NCBI RefSeq assembly: GCF_006345805.1
Contig: NC_042998.1
Coordinates: 163,494,001-163,558,000 of the forward strand
Length of the DNA stretch: 64,000 nt
From: Octopus sinensis
Lineage: Eukaryota
Direction: 5' to 3'
Part shown: piece by piece, positions 11,093 through 23,994 of the stretch
Numbering within the stretch: the first letter of the stretch is position 1
Layout of the letters: each line of letters starts with the position of its first letter
The notes under the pieces: generated by a model
Database searches by the model: none
The model's input: only the letters and a program-made list of their open reading frames with translations
What the model was told of the DNA's origin: nothing
Translations under genes and position numbers: made by a program

Positions 11093-11603
11093 CTCACAGT
11101 TTAAAATAGTGACAGTCTGCTTTTTTGGCTTAAATCCCAACAATAGACTGTTAAATGTGTTTATGGGAGAAAGATATTGTAAACCATCAATACATCAAGC
11201 TGACAAACAAACAAGGAGGGTATGAGGTAGTCATGAGATGTGCTAAAAATAACAGCAAAATAGCCCCTAAATCATGCACCAAAATCTTTTTCTTTCTGGT
11301 TTTTGTACAACAATATGAATTTCTGAAAATTTAAAAAAAATTTTTAAATTATGAAGGTTTATATGGTGTGCTTAAAGCAGAATTCCACCTACTTTTTTTT
11401 ATTTAATGATAAGGTGGTTGCTTTGAGAACTGTGGAAATGTGTGACTATTTGGTGTTAGTTGGATGTGGACACATATTTTTATGTAAGTGTATACACACA
11501 CACATATATAATCATAGAATTTATCTCCCAGTGTTACACAGATCATTTTTACCTAGCAAGTATCTTCAAGAAGACATCTTGGTTTAACGTTGTAAAGTTT
11601 ATG

Positions 11604-12033
11604 CCCACTTAAACATGGGTGTTTTGTTAGAACAAACTATACTGTGGTAGATACCATGAGAGAAACTCTCGTATTGCCTTTTGGTGCAATGTGCAATCAT
11701 GTTCATATTGCTAGCAGGGAGATAAATTCCCACCATCTCTAGTGCTGTGACAACCAGATCATATGATTTCGACCTTCCTTGGTCTCATTAATGATGGACA
11801 CTCAACCACCAGAGATAGCAACAACTCAAACCACCCCCACCAGCAATATATAGAATGGTAGTACCAGAACAGGCACTGGTGTCATGATTAGCTAGTGAGC
11901 TTGTTAAAAAATATATATAAGCAACAGAATCAGGATTAATACCAAGACGAAATATTTATCCCCACTTAAACATGGATGTTCTGCTAGAACAAACTATACT
12001 GTGGTAGATACCATGAGAGAAACTCTCATATTG
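11604..12033. repeat. 73-bp direct repeat, period 357
   Basis: cccacttaaacatgg...gaacaaactatactgtggtagataccatgagagaaactctc..tattg at 11604-11676 and 11961-12033. Confidence 0.9.
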
Positions 12034-12990
12034 ACCTGGAAGGAAAACGAAAACAGAAACCAGATCAGGAACAGCTTGGATCAAAGACATTTTAGTAATG
12101 AAGATTCTTGTAATTTTTGAAGCAAACCACAATTGAATGTTTGGTAAATAACTGAAGCAGATAAATCTAGTTGTCTTTTCCTGATGATACCCATTGGGTA
12201 GAACTGATCCGTGAACCATAGAAAAATAAACTCTAAGAACGAATTATGTCACTGCATTGTATGATGCATAGAACGCATAACTGAGAATAGCCTTCTTTGT
12301 TTTTAATTTAGAGTATCTGGAGTACACGTATGGTTGGGGAGGTACAGGTACTGGTGTGTGGTTGAAAAGTTTGTTTCTCAACTATGTAATTCTGGATTCT
12401 GTCGCACTGTGTGGTAGCAGCTTGTGCACAGCTGTATGTAAAATATAATATTTTTTTATATGAACATACTTATCCTATTGGTAATAAAATGTTCAAAGAT
12501 GTCTATACAAAGTTGAAATTGTTATTGCTGTTCGAGTGATGTCAGAAATAAAACTGAATGATGCTCTTGGTTATTGGATGTCATAAAATGGAAGTGAAAT
12601 GGCCCATATATCTGTACATGTATGTGTGCATTAAAAAAATGGTTTAGTTAATATATATATATATATATATATATAAAACGTACCAGTGTTAATATCTTGA
12701 TCTTTTCTTCACTTATTTGTGGAGTTGCCAGGGATTTTGTTTTTTCTTTTCTTTCACCAATTTTATTATGAAATTCAAATAATGTTCCTAAACATGGCTT
12801 TTTGCTGATTCAACATCTTGTTTTTATGTACTCATCACCTAACTTTAATACAAACTTGTCATTAAAATCATTTCCTTGTTTTAAGACTGTGAGAACGTTT
12901 TTATAAAGAATGATGCAAACACACACAGACTATCTCTCTCTCTCTATTTCTCTCTCTCTATTTCTCTCTCTCTATTTCTCTCTCTCTATT

Positions 12991-13051
<61 letters not shown>

Positions 13052-13222
13052 CTATCTACAACTATTAATGTGCAAGAATTCACAAATTTAACATTAACTG
13101 CACTAAACTAATACCTTTATCCCTAGCCACATTCCAGGAAACAATTTTTTAAAAAATGAGCATTACATAGCAACTTCAGAGATATTTTCAACCAACTCTG
13201 GGTATCTGTTTTTTGATGTTTT

Positions 13223-13570
13223 GTAGAGCAGTGCAAAAACTAGAGATGGCAGGCATATTGTGAGACAATTTAAGTGGGCTGCTAGGGTTTTGTGAAATAT
13301 TCATTCTGCAAAGCTCTTATTGGGCTTGAAGTTAATGGTGCGGCATCAAAGACAGCCATAAATTCCATCACTGAAGCTGCAGACAATGTGGTTTGGGATA
13401 AAGAAAGCAGAGCGATGGTTTGCTGCTGGTGGGATGCAAACTGTGACTTGATCAACCCTAGCTGGGTCGATTGGGTAAGGAGATCTGATATCGAAAGACC
13501 TAAAACCCTCTAATACACAAAAAAGCATCTCTAACGATGCATCCCAGGGTACTTGTGAGATGCACCTTGG
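13223..13570 (+). mobile_element. 3' fragment of a restriction-like-endonuclease non-LTR retrotransposon (R2 superfamily, HERO-like)
   Basis: Hand translation ...WQAYCETI.VGC*GFVKYSFCKALIGLEVNGAASKTAINSITEAA... resembles the HERO C-terminus W...CEPIEVGCRGF...SL...LG..G.A...AI....EAAE. Followed by tgatcaaccctagctgggtcgattgggtaaggagatctgatatcgaaagacc, which resembles HERO 3' UTRs as I recall them. Confidence 0.7.
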
Positions 13571-15020
13571 ACTTAAATGTTAAAATGAAACCTAAATAGT
13601 TTTAGAAGTTTTGTGACAAATAGTCGAACTTACTTGAAGCTGGTTGTCAGATTTGACTAATTTTAAACTCTGAATGTCTTCATAGTTGAAATTTTCTGCT
13701 CTATATACCTTCTATACTTCATCAGAGTGTCACGAAAGAATTTTGGTAAATATCTCAAATCTTTATATCTTACTTTAGAACTGTATAATTTGCTATGGCT
13801 TGAGCAAGATTTTCAACTTTCTCTAATTTCATTTCACCTAGATTGAATTAGCTTCTTGGAAAGTTGGTTTGTTGTTATTGTATTGATTGGTTGAATATTT
13901 GCAATAGTTTACTGTGCTCACTTTGTGTATTGTTTAAGTTTACTCATATATGAACTACACAATTATTGAAACTTTTCAGCTATCAAACTTAAATCTTCAT
14001 CTATCATGAATCATAAAGACTAATTTTGCAGTGAAGCAGTAATATTGTCTTTGTAAATGATTGATCATGCTTTTGCTTTTGTATGAATATTCATAGCAAG
14101 AATGGCACCAACATCACATTGCAACATTTTACATATAGGAAAATTAACTAATAATTAAAAACCAATATGCATTAAAGTTATTTACAACAATCTGTGACCA
14201 TTATCATCATCATCATTCAACATTTTCTTTCCATACTGGCATGGGTTGGATGGTTCCACAGGAACTGGCTAACCAGAAGACTGCACCAAGCTCCAATGTC
14301 TGGTTTGGCAAGGTTTCTGTGGCTGAATACCCTTCTTAATGCCAATCACTTTACATATTGTACTGGGTGCTTCTTATGTGACGCTAGCAACAGTAAGGTC
14401 ATGGAACAAATTGCGAAACAAGACCCCTTGACTGAGTGGGGAGTTGTATTAAGGGATAGAAATGGGTATCTTGCAGTAAAGGAGAAACATGGCTACCTCA
14501 GGTGGAGAAAGAGTGATGGGAGAGAGATAGAGGAGAGAAATAATTAGGTGGTGATGTTACGAGGTGTACATCCAAGTTACAAGGTGGTATGTAATGAAGT
14601 TAATGGGAAATTGGAGGGGGTGAATGGGTGGGTGAATCCTCAATATTGCAAAAGGAGAATAGGAAATGGGGCACAGGTAGTGGGAGGAGGTATTCATATT
14701 ATTTAAGCAACTGATTCAATGAAATGCTGTAAGGATATATAGTTATCTTGTTGTTTTTTATTATCTCTGATCAAATAAACTTGTATAATGTGTGGATGTG
14801 TAATAGTTATGTAGCCCCAAGTCAGCCCTGTTCAAGCAGCTTTGAGATTTCAATGGTTTGACTGTTCATATTTAGAATGGCACTGTAGGGTAAGTGCAAG
14901 AAGTCAGATATGGATAGGTTGAACTTAAAACATGTAAAATATCTGGGCCAGATATGTCGGCTTAAATGCTAAAGGGTTAAACTTCCTGTATTGTTATTTT
15001 CATTATTGCTATAATGTGAG

Positions 15021-15230
15021 AAGTCAGTGCGCTGGCAGAATCGTTAGCAAGCCAGGCAAAATGCTAAGCAGCATTTCATCCATCCTTATGTTCTGGATTC
15101 AAATTCCACCGGGGTCAACTTTGCCTTTCGTCCTTTTGGGACCAATAAAATAAGTACTGGTTGAGTACTGGGGTTGATGTAATTGACTTAGCCCCTCCCC
15201 AGAATTCCAGGCCTTGTGCCCATAGTAGAA
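15021..15230 (+). mobile_element. tRNA-derived SINE family B
   Basis: gctggcagaatcgttagca...ggattcaaattccaccggggtcaactttgcctttcgtccttttggg...ccttgtgcccatagtagaa. Confidence 0.85.
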
Positions 15231-17112
15231 TTAATCTTACTGCTATGTGAGATGACATCTAAACCCTAAGCTATAATATACTGCATTGTTATCTTGAAAG
15301 GAATCCTACTTTATACTAATCACTAATGAATGAGACCCATTCACTCCCTATGTACCATAGAAATTGCATTCCTTCTAAGTCAGGTGAACAGTCATTGATG
15401 TGTCTGTCTGTCTGGCTGGCTGGCTGTCCTAAAGAGAAAATAAGCAAATCGTAAAATAAATATCAAAGACTTAATGAGTCTATTTTTAGATTATGAACTC
15501 TGAGTTTGGCAGTTAACCAACGCTTTTAGTGATACAAAATTGTTTAGTCTGGTGAAATAAATTCATTGTGAGGAAATAAATGCAATTACGGAAAATACAT
15601 TCTATTGGACAATAATAAGTTGATTTACTTCAGCTAAAACGTTGATACCGCTTAATTAATTTTGAGACAGTTTTGGTAGTTAGTTACACAAGAATCAGCA
15701 GGAACCTTCTGTCCATTTCTGATAAATACACATACATAATATAACTTATACAATATATATATATACATACAAATATATATATATGGCACATAGTTTTTAC
15801 ACTATACGTATATAAGTTGTGTACTAGTGGTACAATTCACCTGTAATTCAGTTTGGATATGTGATGTTGATAAGCCATGTAAATGGTGAAGCATTGATGT
15901 CCATTACTCTTGAATGGGATTTGGGGTGAGTTGTCCTGCCTGTCTATGACTTTAAGGTATTTTAACACCCAGGGTTTTGAGGGTGTATTTTCACCACACC
16001 ATGCCAAATCACTGCCTACCAGCAAATACACAAGACATGGGGGATTAAGTATGTGTGGTTGATAATATATATATTAATGTCCATTTTCTATGTTGGCATG
16101 GGTTGGATGGTTTGACCGGAGCTGGTAAAGCCAGATGTTACACGAGGCTCCATTATCTGTTCTGGTATGATTTCTATGACTGGATGCCCTTCCTAACACC
16201 AACCACTCCACATAGTGTTCTGAGTGCTTTTTACTTAGCACCAGCTCTGGCATCAATGCTGCAGTGGCAGACAGGATATATATATATATATCTTGGTTTA
16301 TTAATATTCAAAAGAAAATTTAGAAAATGGATATTACTATCCCTTAATGAGGCTATTTTAACCTTTAATTGAATGTATATATATATATATTTATAATCCA
16401 TATTAAATTAAGAGAAGAAAATGGAGAGTTAGTGGTTAATATTTATTTATTAATACATTATAATCATTTCTTCCTATAGCTGTTTCCATTTGTACTCATT
16501 GAATAAATTACAGATATTGCCTTAAATTTGCATTTATAAGTTATGAGCAAAATATCATCAAGAAAAAGTTAGAAATTGAAAAACAAGTTTTTATGCCATT
16601 TATTCCTTGATATATATATATATATTCATACATATACATGCACACATAGTATATACTGATATATATATATACGCATACATGCATTAATATGCATATACAT
16701 ATGTATTTTATTTTTTATGGTGTCCGGTCAATTCGTCGACTGCAATTGATCTCCAGTCAATTCGCCGTTGATCAATTCTTCCTCTGGTCAATTTAAGGTT
16801 GTGTGCAATTGCTTTTAGAAAAATAATTTTTTTCGCTTGGATCATATTCTTCCATGACATTTTTTATACACAGGTTCATATCTCTGTATTTTTACTTATG
16901 GCTTGGTTCTTCTTGCATAAACTTCTGCAAACCTTTCCTCACATTTACTCAAATTAATAAAATTTGGATGACTAATATTCACTCTCCTGTGGTAGGTTTC
17001 AAAACTATTTGTAGTAGGAGCAATCCTTGTCATACACTGATCCCAAACATTCCATATAGGTAATAGAAACGGAGGTTCAAGGCTTCACCTCCTCTGTCCT
17101 CTTCTTCTAGGT

Positions 17113-17294
17113 CAGTGGTTCCCAACCTTTTCACTGTGGTTTCAAACCCTTTTATTTAAATGAGTTTTCCCATGGACCCCTTTTAATATGCTTATCCTTA
17201 TATACATATATGAAATTTTGAATTTAGTTCACGGACCCCCAGTACTACCTTTACAAACCACTAGGGGTCTATGAACCCAGTTTAGGAACCACAG
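17113..17294. mobile_element. hAT (Charlie-like) MITE nested in the MULE ORF
   Basis: TIRs cagtggttcccaacc / gtttaggaaccacag; 8-bp TSD ttctaggt / ctctaggt (7 of 8 identical). Confidence 0.85.
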
Positions 17295-17330
17295 CTCTAG
17301 GTGGTCCTATATAATTATTTTTAAAATATA

Positions 17331-18597
17331 TTTTTTTATTCGTTGTTAATACGTTTATTCATACACTGTTACGAAAATTTAACCTTTTTTAAGATACTTT
17401 CAAGCCTTCGCCATAACTGATTTATCTTCCTATCTCTCTCTCTCTACAATATTTAACCGCAGGCTGCCTCAAGCCGTAATCCCATCTTTTTCCCATCTTT
17501 CAGTCATTGGCGGTCTTCTTTTTCCTCCTCTTCTTCTTCATATGCTAAAACTTGAAAACCGCCATTACTATTACTATTACGATTCTGCAATTTAAATTCC
17601 CAGTTCAACTACTTTCTTCTTCAATTTCAACTCCCGCTCGATGACCGCAGCAAGTTCTTAAAAAATTTATCTTACTATATTTTTTTATTCGTTGTTAATA
17701 CGTTTATTCATACACTGTACGAAAATTTAACCTTTTTTAAGATACTTTCAAGCCTTCGCCATAACTTGATTTATCTTCCTATCTCTCTCTCTACAATATT
17801 TAACCGCAGGCTGCCTCAAGCCGTAATCCCATCTTTTTCCCATCTTTCAGTCATTGCGGTGCGCCCGCCCCCCCACCCCCACCACCAATACCGTTGAACA
17901 CTGTTCTCACCCCCACCACCAATACCGTTGAACACTGTTCTCACCCCCACCACCAATACCGTTGAACACTGTTCTCACCCCCCCCACCACAATACCAGTA
18001 TACCCCGTTCTCTCTATCTACACCGGATACACCTTACTATCATCTACACTGGGTACGCCTACTCCTCCTCCTCCTCCCACTACCACTTCTCCTCATATGC
18101 TTAAGACAAGCTGCTAGCGCCATAGCTCATCAACTGCCCACCGATCTTACGCTTCCTCCTGACACTGCCTCAATCCGACCATCCCCTTTTAGTACCCTCC
18201 GCCTCGTCACCTACCCATTCTAAGTACCCCACTACCCATTCTAAGTACCCCCTACCCATTCTAAATACCCCGGATCCCCAAAGTACCCCGGATCCCCAAA
18301 ATACCCCAGTCCCCAAAGTACCAACCGGACTCGTGCCCCCGTGCCGCTGACACGTTAAAATGCTCGAATCCGATCGTGACGATGCCGGACCCTCCGGCCC
18401 CTGTGCAGGTGGCACGTAAAAAGCACCCAATCCACTCACGGAGTGGTTGGCGTTAGGAAGGGCATCCGCCGTAGAAACTCTGCCAGATTCAGACTGGAGC
18501 CTGGAGCGGCCCCTGGCTTCCCAGACCCGGTCAAACCGTCCAACCCGTGCTAGCGCGGAAAGCGGACGTTAAACGATGATGATGATGATGATGATGA
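17331..18597 (+). mobile_element. Composite non-autonomous retroposon, copy 2: 349-bp tandem monomers + VNTRs + RTE-type tail, nested in the MULE ORF
   Basis: Direct repeat with period 349 (ttcgttgttaatacg at about 17339 and 17688). ~33-bp VNTR x3 at 17880-17990; ~21-bp and 18-bp VNTRs at 18200-18320. Tail ends ggacgttaaac(gat)n. Removing it rejoins the MULE reading SIV-(S)-YFKNNYIG. Confidence 0.85.
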
Positions 18598-19904
18598 TAC
18601 AATTGACTGTGGAATAGCATCATCATCTACAAGTTGTTCATATCTATCTACATCATCATCAATTAGCAGGAAGGCGAGGGCAAAAAAATACTGCATTTTT
18701 AGACTATAACTGTCATCTTCGTGATATCTGGATTTTAGTCCTTCTTGTACATGCTTGTACACATTTTGTCCTAAATGAAACAAGCAGCATGCCAAATTCA
18801 ATTGTGGAGCATTAAAATTATCAATTTGATATAACTGAAAATATACTAGAGCAGCACTTGAATGTTCCATCTGCCACCCAGTTCTTGTGCTGTTTTAACT
18901 GTCAAAGTCCTTCATCACTTGCAAATATTTGTATTCATTTTGAATCTTCCATCCCACTGTCATACTGTAAAAACGTTTCATCATTGTCAAGGTAGGAGTA
19001 TTCACTTGGAATGGAAAACCCAACATTTGTAACTGGGGTGGCAAGATAGTTGGGATCAGCTTGCCTCCAACGTCTAATATTCCTATGAAGCTATGCAAAC
19101 GGAGCTATTTGGGACAATGTACTGTCATTTAAATTCTGAACTTCGCTAGCGATAATTGAGCAAGGGGCATCACAAGATGAAATAAACTTTACTTTAATAT
19201 TTGAAACTATTATTCTTGCATTTACCTCTGCAGCAGTTGAAGTGTGATTATGGATCCCAATCTTCTTAAAGTCTTTATAATTTTCATCTGTTTGAAGTCT
19301 CATCTTGCACACACGATTTTCGCATCTCCAGTATATCTTCAGTCCATTTGCATTCTGCTAATTTTTTGTGTATATGTATAATTTTCTTGATCGACCACTT
19401 TGATTTTTATTTTCTCTGAAGTTATGATCTTGCAGATAGTCATGTTGATGGGTAAGCGTACTGAATATATTTAATTCGATTTGCTTGAAAATGTTTGTAA
19501 ACTGTTCAGTGCAGATACTTGAGAAAGTGAGAGAGAGAGGGTGGCAGGTGTTAAAGTAAGGAAAAATATATCTAAAACTGTCCAATGACAATTTTAATTC
19601 TAAAGTGATTGTTCCAAACTTTTTCCTCGAAAATCACATTTAAGAATATTTTGGAACAAATTGGTCAGTGACGAATTGACCTGGAGATGAATTGAACAAT
19701 GACAAGTTGAGTGGGGACAAATTAACCAATGACAAAATAACTGGGGACGAATTGTCGTAGCACCTTTTTTACATACATATGTGTGTATATGTGTGTGTGT
19801 ATGTGTGAAGAAAAGATTCCAGGTTTTTCTTGGTCAATAGGTTCATAAGGCTGGTTTCCAGATTTTGTGACATATGTATATATGTGTGTGTGTGTCAGTA
19901 ATGT

Positions 19905-21257
19905 CTAGAATCGAAGGGCCTTAGAGTCAATCTAGCAAATACCAAAGTCATAATAAGTAGGAAGGCAGACAAATTACATTCCTTCAGGTAGATGGCCCTG
20001 CTCGATCTGTAGACAAGGCATTGCTAGAAACTCCATAAGATGTACCCAGCATAAGTTATGGACACATAAGAGGTGCAGCAATATCAAAGGAAGGCTAACT
20101 GGGAAGATAGTTTTTGTGTGTGGCAAATGCTCGGGGGCAATAAACACTGAAAATTTACATAAAACAGCTTCCGTCACATACCAGGAGGAAAAACTAGAAG
20201 TAGTTGGTAGCTTCCATTACCTAGGTGGCCAAGTCAGTAGCAGGGGTAACTGCTCTGAGAGTGTAACTGCTAGATTAAGAATAACCTGAGCAAAGTTTAG
20301 AGAGCTCCTACCTCTGCTGGTGACAAAGGGCCTCTCACTCCGTGTAAAAGGTAGACTGTATGATGCATGTGTGCAAACAGCCATGCTACATGGTAGTGAA
20401 ACATGGGCCATGACTGCTGAGGGTATGTGTAAGCTTGCAAGGGATGAAGCTAGTATGCTCTACTGGATGTGTAATGTCAATGTGCATACACGACAGTGTG
20501 TAAGCACCCAAGCATCAGATGTGGTGTGCAAGAGAAATGAGTGCACTGGTATGGTCATGTGTTGCGTATGGATGAGGACAGCTGTGTGAAATAGTATCAC
20601 ACCCTAGAAGTAGAGGGAACCTGTGGAAGTGGTAGGCTCAGGAAGACCTGCGGTGAGGTGGTGAAGCATGACCTTCAAACATTGGGCCTCATGGAGGCGA
20701 TGACAAGTGACTGAGACCTTTGGAGATATGCTGTGTTTAAGAAGACCCCGTGAGCCAAGTGAGACCATAACCATGGCCTATGCCAGTGCAGCATAAAGGC
20801 CCATTTAAGAGTACCCTTCAATCATTGGGCAATAAACTGCACTTGTGAAGACCTGTTGAGTCAAGTGAAGTCATTGTCAGGACCAATGACAGTACCACCT
20901 GAATGGCACCCGTACCGGTGGGACATAAAAAGCACCATTCTAGTGTGGTCGATCCCAGTGCTACCTGACTGGTCCCATGCCAGTGGCACATAAAATGCAC
21001 TATTTGAGTATGGTCATTGCCAATACACCTGACTTGCTCCCATGCCTGTGGCACATAAAAAGTACCATTCAAGCATGGTCGATGCCAGTACTGCCTAACT
21101 GGCCCTCGTGCCAGTGGCACTTAAAAAGCACCCACTACAGTCTTGGAGTGGTTGGCATTAGGAAGGGCATCCAGCTGTAGAAACATTGCCAGATCAGACT
21201 TGCCAGCCCTCAGTCAAACCATCCAACCCATGCCAGTATGGAAAGCAGACGTTAAAC
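19905..21257 (+). mobile_element. 5'-truncated RTE/RTEX-type LINE (end of the RT domain, C-terminal domain and 3' UTR)
   Basis: LESKGLRVNLANTKV..., PSGRWPCSICRQGIARNSIRC...WTHKRCS, FHYLG, KGLSLRVKGRLYDACVQTAMLHGSETW, GRLRKT; 3' UTR with gtgccngtggcac repeats and the tail. Confidence 0.9.
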
Positions 21258-21640
21258 GGCCGCCCCGTCTGGCCTCCGTGCCGGTGGCACGTAAAAGCAC
21301 CATCCGTTCGTGTCCGCTGCCAGCCTCACCTGGCCCCCGTGCCGGTGGCATGTAAAAGCACCATCCGTTCGTGTCCGTTGCCAGCCTCGCCTGGCCCCCG
21401 TGCCGGTGGCACGTAAAAGCACCATCCGTTCGTGGCCGTTTGCCAGCTCTGTCTGGCACCTGTGCGGGTGGCACGTAAAAAGCACCCACTACACTCACAG
21501 AGTGGTTGGCGTTAGGAAGGGCATCCAGCCATAGAAACACTGCCAGATCTGACTGGGCCTGATGAAGCCTTCCGGCTTCACAGACCCCAGTTGAACCATC
21601 CAACCCATGCTAGCATGGAAAACGGACGCTAAATGATGAT
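21258..21640 (+). mobile_element. Second, younger RTE 3' UTR/tail inserted directly at the end of the previous LINE; 61-bp repeats x~4
   Basis: CpG-intact repeats ccgtgccggtggcacgtaaaagcaccatccgttcgtg, ending ggacgctaaatgatgatgat. Confidence 0.85.
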
Positions 21641-21641
21641 G

Positions 21642-21697
<56 letters not shown>

Positions 21698-23033
21698 ATA
21701 TACACATACATACATACATACATAAACACATACATTAGGGTTTTCCTGAAAGTAATGCAACATAATTGTACATCATAAGCAAGTAATGTATCTGAACGTA
21801 AGTGAGAGTTGATGACAGAACATGTATGCTCTGCTACATACATGATAAAGTCAATAATGAGGTAATCCAGTTGACCAAACTTGAATACACATCATTGAAG
21901 CCAACAGAGATCCATTTACTACACACAGATACACACATATATATGTATGTATGTATATTTATCAAAGCATATAGTATTAGAGATTAATTTCAGCTGATCT
22001 TACCTATTAGTTTCACTTCAGGTATTAGATTACAAGACAGTTGTTTAGATACACATGCTCTTCAGAAATGGCATATATGGTAAAAAAAATTGCCATACAT
22101 AGCATTCCTAAAAATAATTGCCATACGTAACATCTCTGAAGAGTACATGAATGTAGATAACTGTCCTGTTATCTAATACTGAGTATGAAACCAATAAGTA
22201 AGATTGGTTGAAATGGATCTACATTGCTGTAAACTTTGATTGATGTATACCTACTCCACTGGTCAATATACAAGTTCCTGTTTCTTCAGACTTATGAATT
22301 CTTAGATGACTCTATATGTGTTTCTCTCCCTAACATTTTTTACTGTCTTTTGAGTCATGAGTTTAAGAAAGACAGGAAGTTGATATAAAGAAGTATTGGC
22401 TACTAGAAGAAACACAGAAATCTCTAGAAAGGAGGTAGTGGTAGAAGGAAGAAATGCAGAAAGTTGTGAAGGAGGGGTATAAACGAAGTAAAGAAACATT
22501 CTAAAATATGTTTTATGTCATATCAAACTCTTTTTCCTGCTTCAATCTCTGTTTAATCTTCCTTCACCTCATCTCTTTCTCTCCCACCCTCACCCTCACT
22601 TTCCATTCCATGCTTTCTCTCTCTTTCTGGAATAGAGATAGATAGAGAATGGAATATATCAGGAGAGAGGTGGAGTAATGATGATGATGATGCTGATGAT
22701 GGCAATGATTATGATGATAATATGAAAGCTGAATAAAGCACTCATTGACTTAAATAGTTCATTTGCAAAACCCTTAAGTGACCTGCTAATGTAATTTACT
22801 GCTAATGTAATTAACAGTGGCTTCAATTTCAGAAAGATTGTGTCTTGGATTTCACCTCAAATGAGGATTACAGTGCATTTAAAATCAGAAGAGCTGAGTT
22901 CTCGAAGATCTATTTCATTTCAAGAATGATGGTGCTAACACTGTTAGTGTTCTTTTGATTTAAGTTTAAGCAGATTTATTAAAATAATATTGTGTGTTGA
23001 AAGATTACAAAAAAGTAATCAAAAGATCAACAT

Positions 23034-23450
23034 GGCGCAAGAGTGGCTGTGTGGTAAGTAGCTTGCTAACCAACCACATGGTTCCGGGTTCAGTCCCACT
23101 GCGTGGCATCTTGGGCAAGTGTCTTCTGTTATAGCCCTGGGCCGACCAATGCCTTGTGAGTGAATTTGGTAGACGGAAACTGAAAGAAGCCTGTCGTATA
23201 TATGTATATGTATATATATGTATGTGTGTGTTTGTGTGTCTGTGTTTGGTCCCCCCTAGCATTGCTTGACAACCGATGCTGGTGTGTTTACGTCCCCGTC
23301 ACTTAGCGGTTCGGCAAAAGGGACTGATAGAATAAGTACTGGGCTTACAAAGAATAAGTCCCGGGGTCGATTTGCTTGACTAAAGGCGGTGCTCCAGCAT
23401 GGCCGCAGTCAAATGACTGAAACAAGTAAAAGAGTAAAGAGTAAAAGAGT
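23034..23450 (+). mobile_element. SINE family A, young full-length copy
   Basis: ggcgcaagagtggctgtgtggtaagtagc (A-box), ggttccgggttcagtccc (B-box), central TA/GT tract, CpG intact, (gtaaaaga)n tail. Confidence 0.9.
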
Positions 23451-23994
23451 ATGATTTCATTTCTTGGATATTCCGTGAGAAGCAAAAGTAAGTCCAGGCT
23501 CCTAAAAGAGAAAAGGATTTTCTGTGATATTAGTATGTTGATGACCACTATTAAATAGCTGCAGGGACGGTATCCTACATATCAGGCATTGATCTGGCGC
23601 AGTGGGAAGATAAGGTGATGTTAACAAAATTATTTCAGTTGGATAGAAATATCATGCCCTATAAGGACGACAATCCAAAGTTATTTGTTAATATCAGGGC
23701 TCAATTCATTCAACATCCAAGTTGAATCATCAATCAAGCATCACCCTGCATGCATGATAGAAAAATCATCCAAGGATAGCAGAGTACTTTTCTCTAGGAA
23801 ACTCAGATCAGCAAAGTTGGATGCTTTCTTTAACCCTTTTGATACCAACCCACCTGAAACTGTCTCTGGCTCTGTAGTACAAATGTCTTGTTTTAAAAAG
23901 TTCTGAATTAAAATCTTCCATCAAACCTTAGTCACAATTTATGTTCTAACACTAGCTTAATGATAATTAAGTTTTACTAAATTCTTTATCATCA

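Larger units (their letters stand above)
16794..19443 (-). pseudogene. Disrupted MULE transposase: FLYWCH zinc finger + MULE DDE domain, with frameshifts, an internal deletion and two insertions
   Basis: YIYTKN...KIYWRCENRVCKMRLQTD...HNH (FLYWCH); WVADGTFK (first catalytic D); CCLFHLGQN; FALAFL...IPQSIV|YFKNNYIGPPRRRG; LPIWNVWD...TTNSFETYH...HPNF; FLKAIAHNL. Confidence 0.85.
16719..19764 (-). mobile_element. Mutator-superfamily (FLYWCH-MULE, Phantom-like) DNA transposon with repeat-structured TIRs
   Basis: Ends ggtgtccggtcaattcgtc and gacgaattgtcgtagcacc are inverted. Both contain arrays of ~15-bp caattcgtc-type subterminal repeats. Flanks ttttttat / ttttttac are a possible 8-bp TSD (low complexity). 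A transposase remnant lies inside. Confidence 0.85.

Noticed and set aside
12181-12205. CTGATGA-TACCC-att-GGGTA-GAAC hammerhead-like motif
   Set aside because: GAAC instead of GAAA, and no stem III or cleavage triplet can be formed.
13630-13835. Minus-strand exon-like segments (GEMKLEKVENLAQAIANYTVL; AENFNYEDIQSLKLVKSDNQLQ/gtaagt)
   Set aside because: Weak acceptors, incompatible phases across a 62-nt gap and no recognisable protein; would need RNA-seq.
21563-21585. CTGATGA-AGCC-ttcc-GGCT motif in an RTE tail
   Set aside because: No GAAA after stem II and not conserved in other tail copies.
23034-23105. tRNA genes suggested by A/B-box motifs (also at many other SINE heads)
   Set aside because: They continue into SINE bodies and do not close a cloverleaf with an acceptor stem.
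23555-23725. 57-codon open frame GTVSYISGIDLAQWEDK...HPS
   Set aside because: No start or coherent splice structure and no recognised homology; the length is compatible with chance.
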